64,000 bases of DNA from assembly GCA_037305845.1 (NCBI GenBank), contig CP147778.1:96001-160000 (forward strand), written 5' to 3'. The position numbers were made by a program, and so were the translations under genes. Shown one piece after another: positions 21,608-30,956 of this stretch; the stretch's first letter is position 1; each line of letters opens with the position of its first letter. This DNA comes from Candidatus Freyarchaeum deiterrae. GTDB taxonomy: Archaea; Asgardarchaeota; Jordiarchaeia; Jordiarchaeales; Jordiarchaeaceae. The notes below the pieces were generated by a model that saw only the letters and a program-made list of their open reading frames with translations, was not told where the DNA came from and searched no databases.

Positions 21608-24600
21608 GTTGCCCGCGTTGTCGGTTGAGTTGTAGGATAGGGTGTGGACTCCTTCTGCCGAGATTGTGAAAGGAGCAGTTTTGCATTTTAAACCCTGTAA
21701 ATTTATTCCCTACCTTTGTGTGGACTCCTTCTGCCGAGATTGTGAAAGGAGCAGTGTAGGTGATCCAGTTGGCGCCGTCTAGGCTATACTTTATCGTCTT
21801 AACGCCTGACGCGTTGTTATTCGGTGTGAGTGTGACTGTTACGTTAGATTTGTACCAACCGTAAAGCCCCGCAGTGCCGTTTAAGCTAATAAGGGTCATT
21901 GACATTGCGACAGCTATTGTTTTTGTATAATCCATTTGGCCCGCGTAGTCGGTTGAGTTAAAGTATACTGTTGTGGTTCCCCAGACTGTGATGTTGAAAG
22001 GACCATTGTAGGTTTTCCAGTTGGTCCCGTCAAAGCTGTACTGTGTCAGAGCTACGCCTGAACTGTTGTCAGTCGCGTTAAGTGTGACAATCACATTCGA
22101 GATGTACACTCCGTTAACCTGTATGCCGTTTAAGCTGATTGTGGTCACTGGAGGAGTCTTGTCAATCTTTATTGTTGCATTACTTATATTGTATTCACCA
22201 GCGTTGTCGATTGACGCATAGGATAGGTTGTGGACTCCTTCGGTTGAGATGGCGAACGGACCATTGTAGAGGAACCAGCCATTGCTGTCTAACATATACC
22301 CAGTCATCCAAACGCCTGAAATGTTGTCGGTCGCGTTGAGCGTGACATTCACATCCGAGGTGTACCAGCCGTTACTCCCCCGCGTGCCGTTTAAGCTGAT
22401 TGTGGTCACTGGAGGAGTCTTGTCAATCTTCAGCGTTACATTGTTCGTTTTCTCCGCGTTGCCCTTGTTATCGGTCGAGTTGTAGTAAAGGGTGTTGATT
22501 CCCTCAGCTGAGATGGTGAACGGAGCGGTGTAGTTGGTCCAATTGTTGCTGTTCAATTTGTATCCTGTTGTCCAAACTTTTGTAGCGTTGTCTGTGGCGT
22601 TGAGTGTGACGGTTACATTTGAGGTATACCAGCCGTTAAGACCCTGGGTGCCGTTTAGTTTTACGGAGGTCACCAGGGGAGCCCTCTGAATAGTTATTGT
22701 TCTGGTGCTTGTGTTCTCCACGTTGCCCGCGTAGTCGGTTGAGTTGTAGGCTATGGTGTGGACTCCGTTGGTTGAGATGTTGAACGGACCGGTGTAGTTA
22801 ACCCAGCTGCTGCTATCCAATTTGTACCCCGTTATTATGGGGAGAGCCGTACAGTTGGTGGCTGAGGCGTTTTTGGTCGTGTTGAGTATGAAGTTTAAAT
22901 TCAGGAGGTTGGATGCTGCTGCAGCGGTGTCGGTCGCTTTAAGTGTGACGATTACGTTCGAGGTGTACGTGCCGTTACTCGCCTGGACGCCGTTCAAACC
23001 GATACTGGTCACTGGAGGAGCCTTGTCAACAAGTATTGGTTCAATATGTACATCCTCAATGTTTCCTGCAAAGTTGATTGACCTGTAGTACAGAATTGTG
23101 ACCCCTTCGTTTGAGATGGTTGTTGAGGTAGAGAGTGGCTTGGCGCTGGTGTTGCCCTGGTTAGTTGTTCGGGTGAGGAACGGAAAATAGAAGGTCTGGT
23201 TGGTTGAGACGGTGAGTGAACCATTGTAATTGAACCAGTTGATACAGTCAAAGCTATACTCAACCATAGCAATGCCTGAAGTACCAGTGGTTCCTGTGAG
23301 ATTAACGTTCACATCCGAGGTATACCAGTGGTTTTGCCCCAGTGTGCCGCTTAAATTTATGTTGGTCGCTGTAGGGGTCTTGTCAACCATTACTGTTGCA
23401 CTACTTGCGTTCTCAACGTTGCCCACGTTATCGGTTGACTTGTAGTATATGGTTGTGGTTCCCTCATTTGAGATGGTGAACGGACCAGTGAAATTGGTCC
23501 AGTTGGTGGTGCCGTTTATGCTGTATTGAGTTATAGCTACGCCTGATTCGCTGTCGGTCGGGTGGAGTGTGACGTCAACATCGGAGGTGTACCAGCCGTT
23601 AAGCCCCGGTGTAGCGTTCAAACTAGCTGTGGTTACTGGTGGAGTCTTGTCAATATTTACAGTTATGTTACCAGAATTCACGTTGCTCGCGTCATCAATT
23701 GACCTGTAGTATATGGTTGTGGTCCCCTCGGTTGAGATGGTTATTGATATGTTAGATGGTGGAATATATATCCAAAGGGGGATTTTCAACCACCCAATGT
23801 CCCAGAAGCCTATAAAATACAACTGACCGTTGTAGGTGTACCAGTTGGTGCCGTCGAAGCTGTACTGTATAGTAGTAACGCCTGAAACGGAGTCATTTGT
23901 TGTGAGTGTGAAATTCACATCAGAATTGTACCAACCGCTAAGCGTCTGGGTGCCAGTGCTACTCAAACCTGTTGTAACTACTGGCGGGGTCTCGTCAATC
24001 TTTACCTCATATATACCTGCTGGGTACTCTACGTTGCCAGCGTTATCAGTTGAGTTGAAATATATGTCTTTGATCCCCTCGGCTGAGATGATGAAAGGTC
24101 CGGTGTAATTGATCCATTCGCTGTCGTTTAAGCTGTACTGGGTCATAGCTACACCTGATGTACTATCGGTTGCTGTGAGTGTGACAGTTATGTTTGAGGT
24201 GTACCAGTTGTCTCTTCCCAGCGTGCCGCTCAAGCTAATTAAGGTCACCGGTGGAGTCTTGTCAATCATTATTGTTACGTTTTTTGCACTCTCCACATTG
24301 CCAGCCAAGTCGATTGATTGGTAATAGAGGGTTGTGATTCCCTCGGTTGTGATAATGAGTGAACCGGTATAGGTGTTCCAGTTGACGCCGTCAAGGCTGT
24401 ACTCCGTCTTAATGGAAGCGCCTGGAGCGTTGTCGGTCGCGTTGAGTATGACGTTCACATCGGAGGTGTACCAGTTGTTAAGCCCCGGTGTGCCGCTTAG
24501 ATTAGCTGTGGTTATTGGAGTAGACTTGTCAATCATTATTGGTACATTACTTGTAGTCTCCACATTACCCCCTTTGTCGACTGAATAGTAGTACAGGGTT

Positions 24601-27152
24601 GTGGTTCCCTCATTTGAGATGGTGAACGGACCGGTGTATAAATACCAAGTGGTATTGTCGAAACTGTACTCTGTCGCAGCAATCTGTGGGCCGTTGCTGG
24701 TCACCGATAGAGTGACCCTCACGTTTGATATGTACCAGCCGTTAAGCCCCGGTGTGCCACTAAAACTAGCTGTGGTCCATGGAGGAACCTTGAGCACTTG
24801 TATTGTTTTTGTGTCCTCCACATTGCCCGCATTATCAATTGACCTGTAGTATAAGTTTGTGGTTCCCATTTTTGTAATGGCGAACGGACCAGTGTAATTG
24901 AACCAGTTTACGCCGTCGAAGCTGTTCTCTGTACTGCTCACGCCTGAAATGCCGTCTCTTGCTGTTAGTGTGACGTTCACATCGGTGGTGAACCCTCCAC
25001 TTATCCCCTGTGTGCTGCTTAAAAGTGTACCGTTTAGATTGATATTGGTTACTGGTGGAGTCTTGTCGATCAGCACGGATATGTTGTTTGTGTTCTCCAC
25101 ATTGCCCACCAAGTCGATTGAGCGGTAATAGAGGGTTGTGTTCCCCTCGCTTGTGATGATGAATGGATTGGTGTAGGTGTTCCAGTTGGTGGTGCTATTG
25201 ATGCCGTACTGCGTAAGAGCTACGCCTGAAGCATCGTCTGTTGCGGTGAGTGTGACTGCTACTTTTGAGGTGTTCCAGCCGTTAAGTCCCTGGATGCCGC
25301 TTAAACTAGCTGTGGTTGCTGGAGGATTCTGGTCGACATATATCGTCATGGTGTTGGTCGGTTCCGTGTTGCCGGCGACGTCGACTGACCTGTAGTACAG
25401 AGTTGTGGTGGTTGATATCGTGGGTAGATTGCTGGAGTTGTAGATAATCCAATTGGTGCCATCAGTGCTGTACTCCGTCCTGTCTATGGCTAAGCCTAAA
25501 ATGCTGGTTGCTGTGAATGTTAAGATAACATTGGAGGTGTACCATCCGTTAATTGGTCCAGTGCCACTTAAGAGAATACTGGTCGACGGAGCCTTATTGA
25601 TCGTTATTGTAATACTCTTTGTTTGTTCCATGTTCCCTGCTTCATCGGTTGAGTTGTAGTATATGGTTGTGGTTCCTGCATTTGAGATGGTGAACGGACC
25701 GGTGTATAAATTCCAGGTTTTATTATCGAAACTGTACTCCGTCGCCCAAATTTTTGGGCCGCTGCTGGTTGCCGATAGAGTTACCCTCACGTTTGAGATG
25801 TACGAGTCACCGTTTCCTTTAATGCCGCTTAAACTAGCACTGGTCGAGGGGGGTGGAACATCGTCGAACCATATGAAAGAGCCTGCTCCGATGTAGTACC
25901 AGAAGCCAATAAACCAAGCAATCATAATATTGACATTATTATCAGCAAGTATATAGCACACTCCTTGGTCGGGACATATCTGCTCAGTTGCGCCATCATA
26001 CGCTACAACAAAGTTTTGCATATATGAAAAGCCAGCTACCAGTTCCCAAGCTGGGCAAATCAGGTGAAATGTCGTGAGTTCCATGAAACCAAAAGCGGGA
26101 TCATTATCCAAATTGAAGAGATAAGTCTGGTATATAACGTTAAAATCGTTTTCCAACTGGGTTGAATAATCTAGTAATGCTGCTTCAATTATTGCGTCTA
26201 TTAAAGCTCCAATAGGGTTAACCTTCAGAGCAATCATAGCTACCTCTGCTATTGCACTTAGTGAAACGTCCACATATGGATTAATTTCGAGTCCTTCATG
26301 GTCATAATAGAGGACATTAAGTGCTGAGTTTACGAATAAATACGCTTGATTATCCGCAGTAGGATACTGAACTATTGCTCCGCATTCAAAGCCGTATAGG
26401 ATACATATGCAACACCACCACCAAAAGTATACAAAATAATACAGCGGCAGAATCATTTCCATTACCCATGGGTCTGAGATCAGTGTTCCATTGAGATCGT
26501 ACACCGACGTTTTGAGGACATACATTGTTGTTCCGTTTACGTCCATTGCGTAGTCTCCTGTAACCTGTATGCAGTTGGTGCCGTTTATCGTTATAGTTTG
26601 GTTCCACTCTTTTACCAGTGTACCCTCGGTGGTGACGAGGCTCATGTAATTGGAAGTGGCTACTTCTTTTGTGAACTGGATCATGTTGGCTTGTATCTCT
26701 TGGCTGAGTAGTTGGTCGTACTGTTTGAAGAGTTTCTGGTCTTTGGGGTTTTCGGACAGGAACTGGGTGAACATTTTGGTGACGGTCGCGTTATCACGCG
26801 AGCTGGCTGCAGTCATCATCCTTTCTGTGCTGCTCAGCGTCCAAGTTTTGAAGTCCTCGTTTATCCGGGCTTGAACACCCTCCTTTGTGGTGTTCTGGTT
26901 GATGTTGTTTAGCAGGTCTGGGTTCATTGTATTCTGGGGGTTGAGTGAGTTGGGGGTTGTGGTGCTCATGGAGTTGGAGGTTGGTGCTTGCTTCTGGTTA
27001 AGGAGCGCCGCTAGATTGAGATTCGGGTATCCTGAGGAGGGTATTTTGTTGGTCTGCACTGCTATGATGCCTGTTCCTATGGTTAGCGTTAACACTGCTA
27101 GAAACACTACGAGCACTGTTCTAATGCTTTTCTTCACTCTTATTTCTCCCAA
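21588..27152 (-). CDS. Large secreted/surface protein with tandem Ig-like (OmpL47-type) repeats; frameshifted near 21.7 kb (restored gene 27152->20216, 2286 aa)
   Basis: N-terminal hydrophobic signal/anchor; roughly 20 repeats across both fragments; many N-x-S/T sequons; removing 76 bp gives 6861 nt = 2287 codons. Confidence 0.85.
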   Translation of the reverse strand: MGEIRVKKSIRTVLVVFLAVLTLTIGTGIIAVQTNKIPSSGYPNLNLAALLNQKQAPTSNSMSTTTPNSLNPQNTMNPDLLNNINQNTTKEGVQARINEDFKTWTLSSTERMMTAASSRDNATVTKMFTQFLSENPKDQKLFKQYDQLLSQEIQANMIQFTKEVATSNYMSLVTTEGTLVKEWNQTITINGTNCIQVTGDYAMDVNGTTMYVLKTSVYDLNGTLISDPWVMEMILPLYYFVYFWWWCCICILYGFECGAIVQYPTADNQAYLFVNSALNVLYYDHEGLEINPYVDVSLSAIAEVAMIALKVNPIGALIDAIIEAALLDYSTQLENDFNVIYQTYLFNLDNDPAFGFMELTTFHLICPAWELVAGFSYMQNFVVAYDGATEQICPDQGVCYILADNNVNIMIAWFIGFWYYIGAGSFIWFDDVPPPSTSASLSGIKGNGDSYISNVRVTLSATSSGPKIWATEYSFDNKTWNLYTGPFTISNAGTTTIYYNSTDEAGNMEQTKSITITINKAPSTSILLSGTGPINGWYTSNVILTFTATSILGLAIDRTEYSTDGTNWIIYNSSNLPTISTTTTLYYRSVDVAGNTEPTNTMTIYVDQNPPATTASLSGIQGLNGWNTSKVAVTLTATDDASGVALTQYGINSTTNWNTYTNPFIITSEGNTTLYYRSIDLVGNVENTNNISVLIDKTPPVTNINLNGTLLSSTQGISGGFTTDVNVTLTARDGISGVSSTENSFDGVNWFNYTGPFAITKMGTTNLYYRSIDNAGNVEDTKTIQVLKVPPWTTASFSGTPGLNGWYISNVRVTLSVTSNGPQIAATEYSFDNTTWYLYTGPFTISNEGTTTLYYYSVDKGGNVETTSNVPIMIDKSTPITTANLSGTPGLNNWYTSDVNVILNATDNAPGASIKTEYSLDGVNWNTYTGSLIITTEGITTLYYQSIDLAGNVESAKNVTIMIDKTPPVTLISLSGTLGRDNWYTSNITVTLTATDSTSGVAMTQYSLNDSEWINYTGPFIISAEGIKDIYFNSTDNAGNVEYPAGIYEVKIDETPPVVTTGLSSTGTQTLSGWYNSDVNFTLTTNDSVSGVTTIQYSFDGTNWYTYNGQLYFIGFWDIGWLKIPLWIYIPPSNISITISTEGTTTIYYRSIDDASNVNSGNITVNIDKTPPVTTASLNATPGLNGWYTSDVDVTLHPTDSESGVAITQYSINGTTNWTNFTGPFTISNEGTTTIYYKSTDNVGNVENASSATVMVDKTPTATNINLSGTLGQNHWYTSDVNVNLTGTTGTSGIAMVEYSFDCINWFNYNGSLTVSTNQTFYFPFLTRTTNQGNTSAKPLSTSTTISNEGVTILYYRSINFAGNIEDVHIEPILVDKAPPVTSIGLNGVQASNGTYTSNVIVTLKATDTAAAASNLLNLNFILNTTKNASATNCTALPIITGYKLDSSSWVNYTGPFNISTNGVHTIAYNSTDYAGNVENTSTRTITIQRAPLVTSVKLNGTQGLNGWYTSNVTVTLNATDNATKVWTTGYKLNSNNWTNYTAPFTISAEGINTLYYNSTDNKGNAEKTNNVTLKIDKTPPVTTISLNGTRGSNGWYTSDVNVTLNATDNISGVWMTGYMLDSNGWFLYNGPFAISTEGVHNLSYASIDNAGEYNISNATIKIDKTPPVTTISLNGIQVNGVYISNVIVTLNATDNSSGVALTQYSFDGTNWKTYNGPFNITVWGTTTVYFNSTDYAGQMDYTKTIAVAMSMTLISLNGTAGLYGWYKSNVTVTLTPNNNASGVKTIKYSLDGANWITYTAPFTISAEGVHTKVGNKFTGFKMQNCSFHNLGRRSPHPILQLNRQRGQRGREHK
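21642..21755. repeat. Exact 38-bp direct repeat (21642-21679, 21718-21755) flanking a 38-bp unique insert (21680-21717)
   Basis: GTGTGGACTCCTTCTGCCGAGATTGTGAAAGGAGCAGT twice around TTTGCATTTTAAACCCTGTAAATTTATTCCCTACCTTT. Confidence 0.95.
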
Positions 27153-27333
27153 TTTTTTATTTTAGCAGAAAGAATTCCGTTAACAGGACTATAGCTAATC
27201 CTGTTTGATGTCCTAATTCCCTGCTATTCTTTTTCTTTCGAAGGTTCAAGTATTTAAAAGTTTTTTTTCGTGCAAACTGTGTATCCTCGTAAATATTTAA
27301 AAGAATGATAGGAAATAGATATGGGATGATATT

Positions 27334-28431
27334 GTGAGGGATGCCCTGACTATGAAGCCGCGTGAAAGGGTTCTCAGAGCTCTTATGCACGAAGAACCGG
27401 ATAGGGTTCCGTTATTTGAACTGGCTGTCAGTCCCGTAGTTTTAGGTAAGATTTTCAATAAGAAGCCCGAGGAGGTTTTATCGGTATTCGCGGGGTGGGA
27501 GACTGAGTATGGCCTTTATGAGAAACTCGGTTTGGATAGCTCCACAATATATACTCTTATGTTCAACCCCAAAAACTCTAGAGGATTGGACAAGGACAGG
27601 TATGTTGACTCCTGGGGTAAAATCTATAGCGCTAATGTTTCAGCAGCGTACATTTCTCGGTTCTACATTGGAGGGTACCTGACGACCCCTGAAAAATATG
27701 ATGAATTTCCTAAACTGGACCCACTAGATTCCTATGGAATTGAACAATGCAAAAGTGCTCTGAAGGCTGCTGGTGACCGTATCTTTCCTGTAGCCGCTGT
27801 GGGTTCCATTTGGGAGGTTCAGGGTGAGGCTTTGGGCTGGGAGAATATGTTTCGTTACATTTTCACCAAACCGGATTTTGTTAAGAGAGTTTTGGAGGAC
27901 TCCACAAAGTTCCTCATTGAACTCGGAAAGGCGTGTATAGATTTGGGGGCTGAGGTGCTCTTGGATTGGGATGACTATGGTTACACGGAGGGTCCTATGA
28001 TTTCTCCGAAGCACTTTCGGCAGTTCGTCTTCCCCTGTCTCAAAAAGGCAGCCGATGAATTCCACCGTAGAGGCGCATTCTTCATGGTGCACTCCGACGG
28101 AGATATTCGACTGCTCATGGATACGATAATAGAGGCGGGTGTGGACGCTGTACAGCCTCTTGAACCGAAAGCGGGTATGAAAATCAACGAGGTTGCGGAA
28201 AAATGGGGGGGCAGAATTTGCTTGGTGGGAAACATTGACGCTGCTCACCTTCTGCCCTTCGGAACCACCGAGGAGGTAGCCCAAGAGGTGAAGAACGCCA
28301 TAAATGCAGCTGCTCCAGGAGGAGGCTACATTCTGGGCTCCGGACATCAGATTAATGACTGGTGCAAACCAGAAAACTTCCTAGCCCAAATCAAAGCGGC
28401 AAAAGAATATGGAAAATATACTACCCGTTAA
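27334..28431 (+). CDS. Uroporphyrinogen decarboxylase/MtaA-CmuA family methyltransferase-like protein (probable start 27352)
   Basis: PDRVP, DDYG, HSDG, GNID, GGGYILGSGH. Confidence 0.9.
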   Translation: MRDALTMKPRERVLRALMHEEPDRVPLFELAVSPVVLGKIFNKKPEEVLSVFAGWETEYGLYEKLGLDSSTIYTLMFNPKNSRGLDKDRYVDSWGKIYSANVSAAYISRFYIGGYLTTPEKYDEFPKLDPLDSYGIEQCKSALKAAGDRIFPVAAVGSIWEVQGEALGWENMFRYIFTKPDFVKRVLEDSTKFLIELGKACIDLGAEVLLDWDDYGYTEGPMISPKHFRQFVFPCLKKAADEFHRRGAFFMVHSDGDIRLLMDTIIEAGVDAVQPLEPKAGMKINEVAEKWGGRICLVGNIDAAHLLPFGTTEEVAQEVKNAINAAAPGGGYILGSGHQINDWCKPENFLAQIKAAKEYGKYTTR

Positions 28432-28715
28432 GAGACTTGTTAAAGTTATTAAATCCGTTGGATATGAAAAACTCGATAAGTGCCCTAAATTTTAAGGCGT
28501 TAAATTGACGACTGAAAATTTCGGAAATAAGATAAGGCTTCGGAATTTATTCAAGCTAACAATAAAGTTTTTAATAACATTCGCAATATTTTTAATTAGT
28601 AGGATTATTTATCATGAAAACGTATAACGGGTTTAAAAAAGATAGAAACACTCTCAAAGAGTGCTAAAGCAAACTGAGTCAAAACACTAAAGTATTATGA
28701 AAGAAGGAGACAAAC

Positions 28716-29330
28716 ATAGTAAGTGCAAAGACGAGGAAGAGAGTCATAATTATACTCTCTACAGTAGCTATTGCAATCGTACTAGTAACATGTCTCATCT
28801 TAATACTAATCCTGAACCAAAACCAAAACAATTTTCAGTTCCTCAGCTTCGCATTTGAAGGCATCATCACTTACTCACCTCCACCAATTTCTCAATTTAT
28901 TCTGTTTTTAGTCTTTTACTACGGGTATCAGAATACAAGCCAAACTCCTATTACTCTGTTTGAGTATTTGTGGATTGGGTTCTTTTCGGTAGACCTGTCT
29001 TTATTTTTGTTAGCTGTGTACTCCAAGCATAGAAGTAAGGAAGAGCACAATCACCATTGAGGGTATGTCTTAACGTGCCCCTCATTCCAAAAATTTAGGG
29101 TGCTTGTTCTGTGACGCTGGGATTACAGAAGATGTCGAATTCGGCCCTGTTGTGGTGAGGTTCGGACGAGGTGCTCCGTATGCAATCAGGACACCATTTC
29201 AGAAGACCAGTTCAGTTGGTGTCCCTAATGTGATACCATGAGCCATAGAGACCATTTACTTGATTGAGTAAAGGTGAAGAGGTACTGTCCGAGTTGCAGG
29301 CATGAACTTAAAAAAGAGATGTCACGTAGA
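28716..29330 (+). pseudogene. Decayed TM + zinc-ribbon + RING paralog of 45999..49109 (extracellular domains absent)
   Basis: Signal-like helix and TM segments, then RCSVCNQ...EDQF..CP*C...SHRDHLLD*VKVKRYCPSC with stops and frameshifts. Confidence 0.8.
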
Positions 29331-29572
29331 AGACCTTCTTTTTAAACAAATAGTGCCTTTCCCTTTCTTCGCTTGAGTTAAGTGAAGCAGGCTGAATATC
29401 TTGTTCCCATATTTAATTTTCACAACTTTCCTATTGAAACAAGACTCGGGTATGATATGAAATAGCGGTTAAGCCAATTCTCTTATTAATTCTCTCTTAC
29501 TTTCAATTCGGGATGATGTGCGGCTTCTAATCTTCAGAAAGAGACGCTGATGAGCGCTATTTGAGCAGAATA

Positions 29573-29683
29573 GAAGGTTATTTCATTGACTCTAATCATT
29601 AGATAAACGATTGGTGCGAGTCAAAAAATTTTCCTGCTCAAATTAAAACAGCTAAGGAATACGAGAAATATCCTTTACGCTGG
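29573..29683 (+). pseudogene. 3' remnant of a URO-D/MtaA-family gene
   Basis: EGYFIDSNH*INDWCESKNFPAQIKTAKEYEKY versus GGYILGSGHQINDWCKPENFLAQIKAAKEYGKY of 27334..28431. Confidence 0.8.
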
Positions 29684-29796
29684 ATTTTCGTAAAGTTTTT
29701 AGGTTATAGGTTTGCGGATAGTATTTAAACACGCTAGCTTAAAAATTTGATAAGTATTTAGTAAAACTTTTAATTCACTTAACAGTGGTTGAGTAA

Positions 29797-30852
29797 ATGA
29801 CTCCTAAGGAGAGAATCTTGAAAGCTTTGTATGGAGAGGAGCCAGACACCGTTCCCTTATTTGAGATTGAGATAAATGTGCCGATAGTTAGAAAACTTTT
29901 GGGAAGAACGCCAACGAATGCTCTGGATTTCTATGAGGTTTATAGTGGTTATGGATTGGATGGAATAAATTTTTGGGATAATTGGAGACCAGTCAAGCCT
30001 CTGAATGAGAAGTACTTTATTGATGACTGGGCTAGAGTTTGGGGAGTTGAAGAGAATGAAGTAACCTTTTATGTGGGGGGTACAATCAACACCACCGAAG
30101 ATTTTGATAATTTTTCGCCGCCCGACCCCTTTGATTACGATAGATTAGACAGGCTCAGGAAAGTGATAAAAAACAATAAGAAGCAACTCGCTGTCGTTGG
30201 TGGAATTCATGATGCTTACGAGATTCCCTCACAGATGAGGGGTGTGAACAACTTTCTCGTAGATCTGTTTAAGAATCCGAGTTTTGCAAGGAGAATCATT
30301 GAGACTTCTGTAGATTATAACATTGAACTGGCAAAGGCGATGATTGACCTAGGTGTAGACGCTCTGATTTCTGGCGATGACTATGCGTATAAACATGGAC
30401 CCTTTATGTCCTTGAAACTTTTCAGAGAATTCATAACCTCCTATTTAAAAAAAATCATAGACACGGTTCATCACTGCGGAATACCATTCATTAAGCACTG
30501 CGACGGCAACATATGGCCCATATTAGACGATATGGTGAACACCGGAATAGATGCACTGCACCCCATAGAACCCCAAGCAGGAATGAGCCTGAGGGAAGTC
30601 AAAGAAAAATATGGAAACAAGATATGCGTAATGGGCAACGTAGACGTGACAAACGTACTGCCCCTCGGAACCGTTGAAGACACGGTTAAAGATGTAAAAA
30701 GATGCATAGAAGAAGCAGCAAGCGGGGGAGGGTACATCTTAAGCTCAAGCAACTCTATCCACAACGCTGTCAAAATTGAAAACTTCAAAGCCATGATCGA
30801 AGCCACAAAAAAATATGGCAAATACATGCACAAAGAAAAAAAAGTTAAGTAA
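29797..30852 (+). CDS. URO-D/MtaA-CmuA family methyltransferase-like protein
   Basis: EPDTVP, GDDYA, HCDGNI, GNVD, GGGYILSSSNSIH. Confidence 0.9.
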   Translation: MTPKERILKALYGEEPDTVPLFEIEINVPIVRKLLGRTPTNALDFYEVYSGYGLDGINFWDNWRPVKPLNEKYFIDDWARVWGVEENEVTFYVGGTINTTEDFDNFSPPDPFDYDRLDRLRKVIKNNKKQLAVVGGIHDAYEIPSQMRGVNNFLVDLFKNPSFARRIIETSVDYNIELAKAMIDLGVDALISGDDYAYKHGPFMSLKLFREFITSYLKKIIDTVHHCGIPFIKHCDGNIWPILDDMVNTGIDALHPIEPQAGMSLREVKEKYGNKICVMGNVDVTNVLPLGTVEDTVKDVKRCIEEAASGGGYILSSSNSIHNAVKIENFKAMIEATKKYGKYMHKEKKVK

Positions 30853-30956
30853 AATCTTCTTTTTGATCTTCTCGGGTGAAAGGCCAGTCGAAAACCTCTT
30901 GGTTAGATTAAACTACTTCAGCTAGGTTCTTTGAAGGCTTCTTTCCGAATAAAATT

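Noticed and set aside
21642-21755. Bona fide CRISPR array
   Set aside because: Only two repeats, the repeat is ordinary coding sequence, and there is no leader or cas gene in the window. Reported as an ectopic-integration candidate instead.
20216-27152. Diversity-generating retroelement TR/VR among the repeats
   Set aside because: No reverse transcriptase in the window, and differences are not adenine-specific.
20334-27165. Numerous short + strand ORFs across the surface-protein gene, and similar antisense ORFs elsewhere
   Set aside because: Shadow frames of real genes with no RBS or motifs.
29200-29290. In-frame TGA as selenocysteine in the RING remnant
   Set aside because: TGA replaces a conserved Trp, and a TAA and frameshifts are also present, so this is decay.
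30873-30895. GGGTGAAAGGCCAGTCGAA similar to a 23S rRNA motif
   Set aside because: Short isolated match in an intergenic gap; likely chance.
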